Source: Trichoplax adhaerens (taxonomy: Eukaryota; Animalia; Placozoa). From it: a stretch of 64,000 bases of DNA. The DNA is taken from the NCBI RefSeq assembly GCF_000150275.1, contig NW_002060950.1, forward strand, positions 1,104,106 through 1,168,105, given 5' to 3'. A program made the translations under genes and the position numbers. Numbering within the stretch: position 1 is the first letter of the stretch; every line of letters starts with the position of its first letter. The notes below the pieces were generated by a model. That model was given only the letters and a program-made list of their open reading frames with translations, made no database searches and was not told the origin of the DNA. Of this stretch, positions 1-14,800 are shown piece after piece.

Positions 1-3000
1 ATATCGAAATATTTTGAAATTGCAATCCTTTACTGCAGTTGTAAATAAGGAGAAATGGTGATTAGTTTTATTGTTAAGTTATATAATTAAACGAATATAT
101 AACATTTCAGATCTTATAAATAATAACTTATACCAGTGTTCATGAAAGTCGAAGGATACAAAAGTTAAATTAGAACTGTCGTAGGAGATTATATTTTTCA
201 TAAAGGCATCATGGATAATCTATTAAAAAGTTTGTAGCACTTTTAATTAATTGCATTCATCTATAATTATCAATCTTTCAATTAAGTGTAGTACTTTATT
301 ACCTTCTCTCTTCCAATATGATCAATTAGACTGATGATTATCTATATAGAGGAGTAATTAATATTGAATAGCTATCAGATAACAATTACTTAGAAAGAAA
401 TCTAAATAATCATTATGATCACTAACTAGATCGCCATATATTGAGACAAGCTCAGAAAAATGTTTTGTTAATGCAGCTTGAGTATCTTCTTGACCTACAA
501 ACAGATAAAGATAATGTCAGGCATGAAATTTGGAAATAACAGCTGTTATAAGAGTATAGTAGTTTGCCATATTCCTTAACCTTTATCAATCACAGGCGGC
601 GGGCGATATTGTATGCCAGGTTGGCTCCAAAATAATGGCACCGATCCACGTGTAATAACAAAAGATAAAACATTCTGGTTGTACGTTGTTATCTGAAAAT
701 TAAAAAATTTAGAAATATTTAGGGTTAATTAAGGCTATTTGATATTAATAGGTATGGCTATTTATTACAGTAAACGCAATTTGAAGAAAGTGATTTTTAT
801 GTTATATGGATCATTGCCTGTTCAGTTTCCACGAAATTAGCACATGAGCCGCTTTTATCTATCCCTCTACGTTTATATCTAGTTCCTACAAAGAGGACAA
901 AATAAAATCTTAATGCTATAACTGATAATAAAATTTCTCATCTAGCATTCTAAAATTTTACTATCCAATTTTAATTAATCTTTCAGTCTGTTATACGTAA
1001 ATTGACAAGTTTAGTCATGACTATAGGAATTAGGAAGTTACGTTCAATCTTGGATTATTTTTACCTGCTCTAAAGCGACTTCTTCTAGCGATTAATAATA
1101 GACCAAATTCATCCGTATTGCGTTGATCAATAGATACCTTCTCGTGCATTGCTGCTGTTGTTGTCGTCGAGTGATCATGATCCGGGGATAAGTTAAATCT
1201 TTCTATTTGGATAAATCCTTGCATAATCGGTGTAATCCATATATCAGCTTCAGGATCCTACGCAAAAGATGTTATAACTTTTAGTCTTGTATACTAAGTA
1301 GGAAACAAATATGCTTTCGATAGGTAGTTCTATTTCTATAATAATACAAGGCGAAAAATCAAGTATGATCATTTATCTATTCATCAATTTCTGTCGAGTC
1401 TTACTTTCGAGTCAATTAGATCTTTTAACATGAATTTATTCCAGAAAAATCGCCTATTTACCTAAATAGATATTAAAATCGAATATCAGTGGAGTAATAG
1501 CGATTTTAATGCATATACACGACATAACATTAACAGTTTTACCCTTTTCCATAACGGTAATGTTGCATCGTAATCTGGACTATGTAAATTTTGCATAGAG
1601 TTTGTAATATCGCCAGTGGTTGAATAATAAAATGCACCGGAATCGTTAAACATTTTACATAATTCCTAAAGTTATAAAGTAACGGATTATTAGATGAAGT
1701 AATTTGCTACTCAAAAAGGTAGGGAGATAAAGTATAGGAGATTGGTAAATTTCTAGGCATTGATAAATTTGACCGTTGGTGAAGTAATGTTGGTAAACGA
1801 TATGTCTGTATACTTACCTCCAATAATCGCCTCTCTAATTTTTCTTTGATTTTTAAGCTTTTCTGTTATAACAGGAAGAGATTGATATATGTTAAAGTCA
1901 TTTTTTTTATGAGGTGAATAGACGATAATGCAATGTGATAGATATATCGAAATGTATGAAATTTTCTTGAAATCATTACTGAGATATGCCATAAGCATGC
2001 AAAATAATTTAGATGTTATTTGTAGAAGGCGTTTACACGTATAGTTATATTAAGATTGAATTATTCTGTTAATATATTGAAAATTGTTTATAGCCACAAG
2101 ATAAAAGCTAGTAGCCAATAAAGAAAGAATTAGCTTTTATATTTTAAATGTAACGTTGACAAAATGAAAACTATAGAAAGGCAAGGTAGAATGAAATGAT
2201 GCTATTAATCTGGATATTGCATATATACTTCACTTTGCTTTAATACAAGAATTGCCATAATATTGGCTTACTCTTTGCGTTTTATCCGGCAAAGCCGAAC
2301 CATATTTCAATGAATTCCAAGCTTGACTGAAAGCTATTTGCTTCTTATGTGGATCAGATGGTCGATTGGTACGATTATTTGATGGACGGTATTTAACCTA
2401 ATAATAGAAGAAATTATAAGTTCTTTTCCGATATTGGGCAAAAGACTATTGCTATTATTATAAATGTTTCGCATGACGTGATAGATTTACCGAATTCCTG
2501 GCGATTATTATCAATACTTAACGATATAAAATTTATTTGTACCAAATCTAGTCTAATTCCTTAGGTTAAAAACATTTTATTATTTCGACTATCTAACGTT
2601 TTGTAAACATTATGTTTTACTATCTAAGATATTGCTAGCTATAGCATTTGCACGTATTTGAAAACTGTTAATTATAGAGCATATAGCAACCTAATTATAT
2701 CAATTCAACTACTACTCTTGTTAATACCAATTAGACCTATTGGAAGCACGAGATGAGCTCTTGACGATACGAATATCAGCTGAAAATGAAGTTATAGCAG
2801 TCGTCTTACTTGTAAGTCTTGGGCTGGATTATTTCTTGATAGCGGCAATGCTGCTACTCTGTCAATACGATAAATTAAATGGCCTCCTGGTAGCTTTCCA
2901 ACTACCGTCTTGCCACAAATGACCAGTAGATACCACGAGCAATCTAACAAACGGGTGAAAAATATAACAATTTAATTGAATGCGTTGGCAAGTAATTTTA

Positions 3001-6000
3001 ACTTTGACTTCAGATTATTACCTATTAAACTATATTAGCATTTTAAGATGTAACTAGTAAACATCATGAAAAAGCTGGTAAAGTATGGATCTAAATACAG
3101 CATTTAGCTGAATCTATTAGTAAATATTTTAGAATCAATCTGTCACAACATTTAATTGTAAAGGTTATTATCGGTTTAAGTATGTTTGCACTATATTTTA
3201 TGTAGCTCACAATTCTTACGAGCTATCAATACAGTAATTACTTTAAAATTTTGATAATTTGTTTTAATTGAATCTGCTGGTATTAAATTGAGAAGGAAAT
3301 TGGTTACAGAGCTCTTAATTATAGTTTATCATTAATTTCAGCATATTTATGCTATTATATATAACTAATATATCAATGAAAAAATTCTTAATGATGGTAT
3401 AGCAGCAATTGCATAGCTATACATGGAAAGCAGGATATCGTGACTTATTTGTCATGATTGGAAAGGGAATGGATTGATTAAATATTTTGATCCAAATATT
3501 ATTTGTTTGAGCTTCAAAACCGGTGAAAGGATTGCATAATCTCTTTTCATAACCCTTCCATACAAGAACTGAATTCCAGAATGGATCATTTTACAAACAA
3601 AAATAATTGCGAGTTGGGAATTATTATAGACGAAGAAAATAAAAGAAAATTAGGGGAGCCAACAAACGCAATAATCGTCTACATATAGCTATACTTTGGC
3701 ATTGTAAATAAGAGTATATTATTACGGACAGCGCAACACTGGTTACAAAACTTAAGTAAAAGGAACTATTTCTTCATTTTCTGTAGAGAAATGAACGACT
3801 TTGAACATCTATTGAAGTATTGTAATGTTATTTATCTGGTTTTATTAATCCACTACTAGAGATTATCAACATGGCAACAACTTTGTTGGTTGTAAGCTTC
3901 AACAGGAGGCATACTACTTCATAGGATGCTCTCGGGAAAAATGAACAGCTATTAAAATGATCTCACTATACAGATCATAAAGGTATTGAACCGAGCCGAA
4001 CCTTCCTCAGGTCTAAATTCCCACAGAATTAACATCTGGTTGCACAAATCAGTCGTTTCTTCTAGAAAAATCAACTAAGATGTAGGTTGAGAAGATACTT
4101 ATTTTTATTGGATCGAATTGGTATCACAGCAAAACTAGAATTACTTCAAGAATTTTCATTATCGAAACAGTCAGCGATTAATTTTCAGTAGTTAATTCGA
4201 CAGGAAATAAAAGACATTTATTAATAATTTTTCTAGAAGAAAAATCAACTATTCCATGGGTAGGAAGATATTCATATTTTACTGATTGGTCTTGTATCAC
4301 AGTAAAACTAGGATTACTTCTAGGCTTTCCATTGTCGAAATAATCGGAGACTAATTGCCAATCATTTAGCTAGAAATTAAGATATTGATTTATGGTTTCT
4401 TCGAGAAACTCAGCTCTAACTAGGATACGAATATTATCGTGTTTATCTGGTTGGATTTATATCACAGCAAAACTAGGATTACTTCCAAGCTTTCTAGTAT
4501 CGAATTGATCAGTCACTAATTTCCAATCATTTGAATATTTCTACAAGACGAAGAGATTACAATGTTTCTCATTCATTGGACGAGAATCATTTAAAATTGG
4601 ACGTAGAGTAATTAAAATATTTTTACTACCATGTCCATTTAGATAATTGATGAACTGATCATTCAGTTCACTGCTATAATTAGAGGGCACTTAATTGTAT
4701 TACTTTAGCTGTAATCAGCAAATTTAGTCACTGATAGTTTACAATAAGTCCTCAGTATTCGTTGTTGTATCACTATCCTAGTCTATCGTGATGGATATTA
4801 AAGGAAATTTGTTGATTCGTCAACTTTGTATAATTATTACTTACAGTGGCAAGTTGGATCTATACGTATTGAGCAGAATAAATATTACCCTTATATGTAA
4901 TTGTCGAAAAATAAAATAATCATCCGGTTGTTCTATAAAATGGTCAGTCTGTTATAATGATTAGCTTAGATCTTTCCTTATTTTAGGAAGGGGGATAGGG
5001 ACGGGTTATGGGCTTCAAATTAATAGCGGTATCTTGTCAGAAGAGATCTTTTTTAGGTTGTACAGATGGAATGGTATTAAACCTTACCTATTTCCGTATC
5101 TAGGATGAATATATTCTTGCACTTAGTTTCAATTTTCTATGGAGCATCCAGTCTGAGAAGAACTACTTCCAGAATGAATAAATTTTTTAGGCGGAAAGCA
5201 TTGAGTATTTTTCCTACTTTTACTAGTAACAGAGATAAAATCGATTGTATTGGCCTCAGGCGAATAGTAGTTACAAGTTTTGAGAAAATGATCTTAACGG
5301 GTAAATTGCTAATTGATATTGCTACTACTGTAGTACAATGTACATCCGAATTTTGTTATTTACAGAATGTCGATAAAGCTGATTTCAAGGATTTTAAATT
5401 CATCCCAGCAACTAGTCAGAACAAGAATCATCCTTTATGTGATGAATAAAATCGATTACTCTATGCCGTAGTCAATTTGCATTAAGACAATATCGACAGT
5501 ATCCCTTCAAAGACTTAACTTTTTGGTGAACAGAATTGCAAATGGAAATTTTACCACGGCCTCTTGTCGTTTATTTTTACGGTAGCGGTACTTTTATTGC
5601 GTTAAGTCGATGTTTATGATAGCATATAATGAGAACAGAATCTATTCTATTTTGGGGGGAGGGGAAATAAATTTCTCTCAGATATTTGTTATTCTTCGCT
5701 TTCGCTATAATAGTAGTGATGTGAATCTCTACACATTGGTTTTCAATTCATTGTACCATCTGGCTAGAAATTCTTTCTGTAGTCAAGCAATATCCAATAG
5801 AAAATGTTACGTAAGACTTTCGCAATTTATCTTAAGATAGAAACATACTCTGTTGCGTTATTTTTAAGTTAACAATAACATTCGAACAGGAGAAAATGAT
5901 TGTTTGGGGAAGAAATTTTAAATGGGAACTTTAACTTGATATGGATTATTTTACTATTAGCATCGGTATGATATATAGGCATGCAAAGGCTAACTATCCA

Positions 6001-9000
6001 TCGGCAAAGTCCAGCTTTATTACTAGATCTAGTATTGGAGAGTTGTCGTTGCTTTTAATACAATTATCTATTAATGTTTATTGCTTTCAATTGGAGTGGA
6101 GTCAAAGTGGATACGATATCGAATTAGGTAATAGTCTACGAAAGAGAAGCGAGAGCATCATACAACTTAATTTCATTTACTTCTTATTGTAAATAAATAA
6201 CTCCAAGGGATATTCAATTGGCAAGTTGTTTACAGTCAGTCAGAACGGCAAAGATTGATATAACTTTATTAATTGGAAAACTACGTGATTCAATCGATTA
6301 ACTTACTATAGGTAGTCTCATTTACTTTCATTTAAATTGTTCATAAAATCAAAAGGGGGTTTGGATCGTCATATTCCATTAGCAAATATTTTGTTGGGAA
6401 AGATTGATACAAGTTGATTAATGGGTAAACTACAGAACATAATCTATCCCTTACTTCCATTTTCAAGGGAATGATTTTCTTTAAATTATTATTCCATTGC
6501 ATTACAAGTACGTAATACTAATCAAAATTTGACGAGAATGATTCTATTTATAAGAATAGGCGTATGGTAAAAATAAAAATAGAAAAGATTAAGGGTGTTA
6601 GAAAAGTAATCGATCATTGTAGCCTATCATTTGAGATCAAGAGTGTAGATGAGGAATCGATTAAAGTTGATAGGTATCCGTCAAGTCTGAGCCGGTAGTG
6701 CAAATGATTGTAGGTTAGGGATTGATTAAAGTTGATGGGTATCGCTCAGGATTAAAATGGATGGGTATCCCTCGGGTCTGAGCAAGTAGTGTAGATGCAT
6801 ACGCCAGTACGTGATGTGAAAACATGGCGGAGAGCCAGGCATGACATGAATCCCCTAATCATATTGTTCGTCCTTTCAACTAGGAAATGATGCAAATTAC
6901 TGTATTGATGAAGATAATTAGATAGAATGAGTGGTCATAAGCTTATTAGCTAAGGAGAAGAAAAACTATGTTACCTTTAATAATTAAACAATTAATAACC
7001 ATTAACAAGCAGGGTCAAGGATGAAAAATCTACCATTCATTATCCATGCATTAAAAATATTACTATACATTAGAAATGTTGCAGGAAAGCGAATGATCAT
7101 AGTTTTAACAGGGGTAATTGATAGGAAAAGTTTCAGGGAATGATTAGAGAAGTTAGTCAATACTTTGTTAGAGTTGAAGAAAATGTACCAGAAACGGATT
7201 GAATAAGATGATGAATGGAAGTACGAATAGTAAAGGGATTCTATCAAATCAAAACAAGGATTCTGTTTTGACGTTATCAAAGGACGAACTAATCATCAGA
7301 CATTGAAATGTTCTAAAATAGGCTATATATTGTATCATTTGCAACGATGAATATATGACGAAAGCAAGAGGTTAGAAATAGCAATGTTGATGGAGAAATA
7401 ATGATGCATAGAGTTGATATTGCTGAAATAACGAAAGTCCATTTCCATAAAAATCAAGCCGAAGTGACCAATAGGGAGGGAGAGAAGATATTGACTTAAC
7501 AACTATTCTACCAAAAAATGTCGAAACATATTGTTCATAAAGAGGAAGGAAAGTGATCGAAAACGGCACCGTACGCCACTTGAATTTCGTAAAGAAGCAC
7601 TTAAAAAGGGAAGATGTAGATGTTTAAATGGAATACTGGTGGAATTTTTCTCATCGAAGTATTTGAGTCTTGATTCAAGTACTGTACAGATCTACCTTTG
7701 GTGTATTTAGGAAAGCGGTCGAAAACGTCACAGTAAGTAGTCTACTTTAATTTCATAAAAGAAGCTCTCAAGAAGGAAGAGTATTTAATGATAGCATTGG
7801 TAGCGTTTTTCCATCAAAGTGTTTAAGTCCTGATTCAAGTACGGTGATCAAGCTTTGAAGCCATGTTTTGCTTCTTGCTATTGCCACCCTATTACGCTTT
7901 GATGGCAGAGTAGCGATTGGTACTACTCAACCATTCTTTGCGCTGCATTGCGTCAAGATTCAACGACTATTGATTAGACTAAGTTGATTTAAAGTTTTGA
8001 ACTATCAATGATCTTTTATCCTATTGATAGTATTCTAACTGGATATGAATATGAAAGATGATGTAGTTATAAATTGAATCTTATTATTACGGCATCATAA
8101 TATAAGGCAGCAATAGCTTGCTAGACAAGGACATTGAATTATTAGAATAATTAGGATAGGGTAACAGCCGATGTATTGTGTTGTTTATTCACTTCTCCAT
8201 AAATGAATGAAATAATCAAAATGTCGATCCCATTTTTTTCTCTCTTTGAAAAATAATCATATTACGTTAGGCAAATTAATTAATGTAATTGGCAGTATTG
8301 AAATTCAGTAAGGACTGATATTAACTTGAGGTTAAACCCTACATAAGTATTTTCATCCGTCTCTTACAATGTTTCACTACAATCAGTTTGGATGGGATTA
8401 AAACTTGACAACATGGTGATCGACTCGAAGAATGATATATACGATGATGAAAGCGAACTTATCGGCCATTCAAATTTTACCTATAAATAATTCTATATTG
8501 ATGATGGGGTGGAAAGAATTGATTGCTACTATTATCGATTTATTGTAGTGGTTGCAGTCTAAAAATGGAAACCTTCCATCTTATCGACGATCATTTTTCT
8601 AGCCGGATACTTAATATCGTTTACCAGTTGATTGTTTAAAATAAAGATATTATGTCACGCAGCAATAAAACTCTGAAACTGATGAATGTTGTATGAAAGT
8701 AAAAAAAAAATTATGACAACTATTCCGTGTACTGACAGTAAAATGAACGTAGTTTTGTAATGGTATAGAGCCAATGCTTGATCAATCTGATCGACTTCGA
8801 TTGGATCAAGTTTATTCAACAAGAACGTAATAGTAAAAATTAGTCTAATTTACTTACCATGAAAAAAACGAATACGACCGATATAAGCATCAATTGAGCC
8901 AACATGTTCTAAATCACTGACATCATGAACATCAATATCTGTTGAAAGAGAAAAATGGTATATCAACGATAAAACTCTAAGATGGCAAGAACGTTAGTTT

Positions 9001-9704
9001 ACGTATAAGCAGACTTGTCTAACATTTTGTTTCATTGGATAGGGGAAAATAGAGAGAGAAGTAAAATGTATAAGACTTTTGAAACAAATATACTGTACTG
9101 TAATCATCAACAATATCATGATGATCATATTGAATAATAAAGTCAAACTTTCCAAGTTATTATTAATTAAGGTGAAGCATGAATTCGGTTAGGTTGAAAG
9201 ATTAGTTTAGACAGTAAGATGAATGATGAGAGGGTACGATAGTGAGGAAACGAAAGTGGACGCATTTTCTATTGGTTATATCCTACTGTATAATTCCCAC
9301 TATGGTCGAATTGATTGGAATGATATCGAGGATTCTTGCAATGCGTTCTTGAATTACGACTTGTAGATCAATTTTGCTGTCATTATAGTCCACTAGAAGA
9401 AAGTTGACAACACTAACCCTTGTAATATGGTGATCCATCATCGTTTTTAATGTTCACTTACAGACTGACGTAGTTCATTTCGTTAAATCAAATTAAGAGC
9501 AATTAAGAAATGCAAGTTGTTATTCTAACCATTCCAATCATGATGATCAACATGGTCAGCTAAGACGATGCTGACTCACTTGATCTCGATGATAGACTTG
9601 ATCTTACCTTCTTTGAGTGTAAATTTACCATCAAGACGATTAACCCATAGTGTATGATGGCCCCAACGTAGGACATAATTACAAATAGATCGAAAAACAT
9701 CCAT
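1..9704 (-). CDS. INPP5F: Phosphoinositide phosphatase SAC2 (SAC1 domain), 5' part of a multi-exon gene; 3' end lies outside the window
   Basis: Spliced minus-strand exons: 9608-9704 MDVFRSICNYVLRWGHHTLWVNRLDG; 8858-8938; ~2810-2943 WYLLVICGKTVVGKLPGGHLIYRI; ~2270-2398; ~1820-1855 KEKLERRLLE; ~1542-1666 ELCKMFNDSGAFYYS; ~1405-1462 RRFFWNKFM; ~1063-1258 IMQGFIQI...LIARRSRFRA; ~818-887 GTRYKRRGIDKSGSCANFVETEQ; ~581-693 RGSVPLFWSQ; ~134-229 FVSFDFHEHC. These are SAC-domain motifs. The N-terminus and the KEKLERRLLE segment match the Sac2/INPP5F subfamily as I recall it. Confidence 0.92.
4050..4532. repeat. Degenerate tandem triplication, ~170 bp unit, inside INPP5F intron 2
   Basis: Core TATCACAG(C/T)AAAACTAG(A/G)ATTACTTC at 4122, 4295 and 4460 (periods 173 and 165); flanks align loosely. 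Confidence 0.8.
6655..6797. repeat. Short degenerate direct repeats (GATTAAAGTTGATRGGTATC...GTCTGAGC)
   Basis: Three related copies start near 6659, 6724 and 6750. Confidence 0.65.
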
Positions 9705-11838
9705 TTTAATCGATCACCGCTCGATATCTACTAGATAAGTACTTGGAAGAGAGATAACGTCAATAGACAATCTTGTCTTGACATTATCCGATCATTCCTT
9801 TATCTACTTGCGTTCGTTTACACAGCCAATGTGGTGCTATTTCTTCTCTCAATGGATGAAAATAAGATAGAAGGAACTCAATTTTTATACATGCATCAAT
9901 GCCTATGGATAGGATGGATGTCAGTTCTTTGTCAGGCTTTACTAAATTATCCTAACGATGTTTGTGGAAAATTGATCATTTCTGAAAGTTGATTAACGAT
10001 CTCTTTTAGTTTGCAGCTATTGTTTCGAGGGTGATCACGTGGACATACTTTACAATGCACTTGGCCAGTCATCGGCCGCATGCGTGAAAAGGATTGAAAA
10101 TGTATGACATCCAATGAAGACCGAAAGGACAGCGCCACCAATGGAGCTCATGGAGAATCTCCATGAGAGGTTAATAAGGACATCTCTGATCTGGCTAATT
10201 TCGGAGAATGAAACAGTATCGAAAGTATTCGGGTAATATCAACAATGGGTCCAATGTGGGAGAATTAGGGAGAACACCGATACTACCCTTTATAGCGCCG
10301 ATATTTATGAACTAAAATGTCTCAAAGACAATGGACTAAATTAAATCAATTATGATGGACTTTTAACCGAGTCTTTATCTTGATATTGAGAGACTATTTT
10401 GCTGGCAATTTCTACTCCACTGCCCATCAGTATGGATTCCATATACTTTAAAGCAGTTCGTACTACCGGTAATCAGTATGAGCTATACAATGACGGCCTA
10501 CTAGAGTGGCTAGGTTGATTGGTTTGTATACCACGGAATTTCTAATGCGTGAATGGCAGTTTTTTGAAGTATTTTCTCATCAGTATTGAGAGCCAACGAT
10601 AGTATCGCTATGTTTCAATTGACAGTTTAATACTACATGTTGGCATAAATGCAAGCGATGACGTAGTATTTAGTGAAATTGAAATCCTTTGCTGCTGTAC
10701 TTAATCCATTCAACAGCAAAAGGATTTTGTTTCTTTTGACTGGAAGCTAAAATAAACTATCGCACTGGAACTGGATACTAGCTGATATACCTCCTATTAT
10801 ATATATAATTGCATTGTACTGTACGTACATGATTGCTGTCAGCGAGTGACGAGATTTTCTAGTATTTCTATTTTGATATACTGTTGGTATTGTGCATGTG
10901 CTGAATATTGATTCTTCTTATTAGTAATAAACAGTCCTTCGAAATTGAAATATTTAGGTATATGGATTTTCCTATTCATTACACAATTATAGTTTATCAA
11001 TGCAAGGAAAAAGGATCTATTTCACAATGTGAAAGAATATGAGGCAAATCAATCGATGAATTGTTTATCTTGCAAATACGAGCTCCTAGATGACCTACAG
11101 TATAGCATTGTACAGTATACGAATTCCAGCAGAAATACTAGTCATCAAAATCGCGAACTAAAACACATCACTGTAGAAATATTAAGCATACTATTGTGCG
11201 TAGCCAACACCAAGCTTGAGATGAAGATCGATATAAGAATTAAATAAATCAATTCTTCAAGGCACTGTTGAATCCATCGAGGTCAAAGAAATAGCTCTAG
11301 ACCTCTGGCCGTGTTGTACGAATATACTCTGTACAGAATATTACAGTATACTGGAGATCTGGTAACTGTACTTTCATATTCAATAGACAGTACATCACGA
11401 TAGTGGACATTTACACGACACTGCTGTTGCAGAATTGAGTAATCATCATGAAATTACAGTGGATTTAGGCCAAATTGAAAAATTCGACCAGTTTGGAGAT
11501 GGTTACGGAGCATCTTGGCAGCTAATCCCTCCGGCTCCTACCTTGATAATATGAATTAATGAAACATCGCCTCGACCTGGTATCTCCCTTTTTAGCGGCG
11601 CTTCGGACAGACCGTCAGACAACAACCGCACTGGTAGCTTGACTTCAAGCTGCTTCAACTGTGAATCGGCGCAGTAGCCTAAAGGCAAGGCATGATGTCA
11701 TTGTCTGGACGTTGTACTGTACGGACTGTACTGAGCCACACAGCAAGCGGTAAGTGAAGGGAGTCAAGAGTCAAGTGAAAGTCAAGCTGGTTACCCCAAG
11801 CAATCATGCAAGAAAGTTGGCTGCAGCATTCTGTCTGA
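9705..11838. promoter_or_regulatory. Divergent (head-to-head) intergenic region of INPP5F and ZFYVE27
   Basis: Lies between oppositely oriented ATGs. Locally GC/CpG-elevated near 10010-10170 and 11500-11830. E-box CACGTG near 10037; sparse TACTG motifs at ~10815, ~11330 and ~11712. Confidence 0.6.
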
Positions 11839-14800
11839 ATGGCTCCAGTAGAACAAATTGAGCGAAAGATAGAATTAGCTGTGTTAGTAGACAATTATAA
11901 GAAAGTCAAACGATTTCTTCGACCTCTACGCTATTTCTATCAATGGTTAGATGATCTTTTAAAGTAAGTTGAAATGAATATCGAGACGATCATTTTACAA
12001 CGTATGTTCCACGCTTGCCTTTCCATTGCAAATGAACAACCCAATTGCATGGAAGGTTAATTGATTCATTATTCAATTACCATTCGATGAACGCCTCATT
12101 ACTCCATCAACCTTGCCCTATTTGCTACAATTTTCACTATCAAGTCATCATACATCGAGTTGAGTCTGTCTCGATCATCATGCAATGGCGGATGCAGTCT
12201 TAGTAGACCAAGATATGCAATACAATAGATTGACACTACGTTAACAACACTCGATCATGCTTGTATACGATGGAGTCCATGGACAGTAATCGATTGCGAT
12301 CAACTTAGTCAAACAGGACTAATACTGTACTTTTTTCATGGTTTGTTCTTGTTAAGCCCAGGAAACCAAATAATTTGTATACAATATGACGAAGGTCAGT
12401 TTTTCTTGAAGATATCTTAATAGAGGAATAGGTGTACATCTGGCCGCTCCACAATGCATCCGCAACCAAGCCATTAGGCAATGACATCAGCCAACACATT
12501 TCTTTTCCATTTCATCTTACGAATCGTGATGACGTCCACCTTTAGTTCTTGTACCATTACTCATCATCTACCACATTTGGTAACATTGTCTAGTATGTTC
12601 CCTGGTGTAGTAGTAGAAATACAAATTGAATGGGATAGGTTAAAAATGTCATCATCTCTTTATATACTAGTTATATTAATCAACGTATCAATGGATGCCT
12701 GGATTTATCTTTCTAATCGACAGACCTTATCGGCAGATATGGCTGTAGCTAACATTTTCTCTTTACTTGCATGTTCAACTTGTAGACTATTGCTCTATAT
12801 GAATAATATGTTAAGAATGATTTATCTTCTCGTTACAGTTGGAAGTCAGGGCTTCGTTCTTTGATTGCTTTATTATTGTTAACGACTATCACATTAGGTA
12901 AGGACAAATAATGTGAAATGGCTGAGTTGTGAGGTGATGTTGTACAATGTGTTACTACATGCTAACTACAATATTTGCAGATGAAATTTCAGTTCAACTA
13001 TGACTGATATTTATTGTATATGTTACGCATACATATGAGTATGCTGCTTTTATGTGCAATGATTAATTATCAAAGATGGACTACACTCTCGATAATAGTG
13101 TGTATATACGATATAATTACATTTAAGGATATAAATCTTAAATTTGAAGCTCATGGAAACCTATGAATTATCATTCTAAATATTAGATGCATTTATACTA
13201 ACGTTGCTACTGTCGCTGCTATGCCTATTGGTCGTTTCTCGTTGGATATACTTGCCTAAAGATGTTATAGTTGAAGACTTGAAAAGCAATCTTCCTGAAC
13301 CGGAAATGCAAGATCATGATTTTGTAATAGTTGTAAGTTTACTGAAGTACTGTAGTTTCCACTTTACGAAAAATGTATGTTCCTTTACTTCTGGTTTTCA
13401 TATTGCCATATTAACAATAGATAGTGACACCGAAAGTAGTATCTATCCATGGGTATTTTACAAAATCAAATATTGCTACGCTATAAATTTATCTCAAAAT
13501 TTTGTCATTTCTACTGTACTAGAAAGCTCTCATTGACAACGATAAATTTCATCTGATGTAATGTTGTCCAACTTGTTGATACCACGATTAGGACAACTCT
13601 AATTGTCTTATAAATATCTTTCACAACTAGAGTGAGCAAGCCGCTAACGAAAAGCTATCAAAAACTGCTATAAAAGAATATAAGCAAATGTAGGGACATT
13701 AACATACTACTGATCTTCGAAATAGTGAATGTCATTTTATGTAATTTTTTTATCGTTAAATCTTATCCCGACAATGTTGGTTTAAGAATTCTACAAAAAT
13801 TTCTTTAAATGTATTGATTATATGCAAACTAACTGTGAGTCTTTTGTACAGGCTTGCAGAAATGGACGATTTACTAAATAAAATTCGTATTGCGCGAGAT
13901 CATTTTATCAGGTATTAATGATTTTTCGTTTTAGCAGGCAATAAATTGTAGAAAAAATACGAATTCTATATGGATGCATATCTCTTTCAATCAACTTGAA
14001 GCGCGATATTTCATGTTTTGTCGTGAAAATAAACTAATGTGATCGGTTTATCTTTTGTAATTGATTAGTATTGTGAAATGGAATCGACCAAAAGCTACAA
14101 TGACGTAAGTCTCCAACATTCGAGATTCCAGGCGCTTTGTACTTACTACCAGCCAATTATACTTATCTATAATTGACATATGATGTTGCACTAATAAATC
14201 TGATACTTCTTCACACAGAATTACAATAATTGTCCTCTTAGCAACTCTGGCTTATCCTGTAATGCCTATTAGAGGTTATTGGATTGGCTTTGTAACTACA
14301 GCATTCCTTTTCCAACCTTATATAAGCAATGGTATGTTCATTTTAAGTTACTAATCTATCATCATGCTCCATTTCGCAATGCAATATTGCTATATGACAA
14401 CATGCTCTAAAAACTTATGGTTAAACTACAAGCTTTACGGTATTCAGTTAGAGTAGCGCTGTATACCTTCCTTTAAGTTTGTTATAAATTTAAAATTTAA
14501 AATAAAGCATCAAAGTCTCCTGAAAATTCTGAAACTCAGCAAGCAAGTAACGAGGAGGTAAGTTCATGATGGTAGTACTAGTGACCCATGCACGGCGCGT
14601 AATCAGTAAGTAACTTTCATTTTACGAAGCAGAATGATGATAACCTTGCAGCTGCCGGTGATACAGCAGCGATCAATTCTGAAAATCAAGTCGACAGTGA
14701 CGATGAAGTAGATTTTGAATCTGATGACGACGAAGAGGTAAAATTTCAGGCTTTAAAGAAGTATTGTTGATCCTGTAATCTTCATTAAAATTTTTATTAA

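Noticed and set aside
9538-9576. C/D-box-like ATGATGA...CTGA in INPP5F intron 1
   Set aside because: Antisense to the host gene, too short, and no terminal stem or guide.
10130-10144. CAGCGCCACCAATGG resembling a CTCF site
   Set aside because: One base short of consensus, a single occurrence, and CTCF is bilaterian-restricted while this genome appears non-bilaterian.
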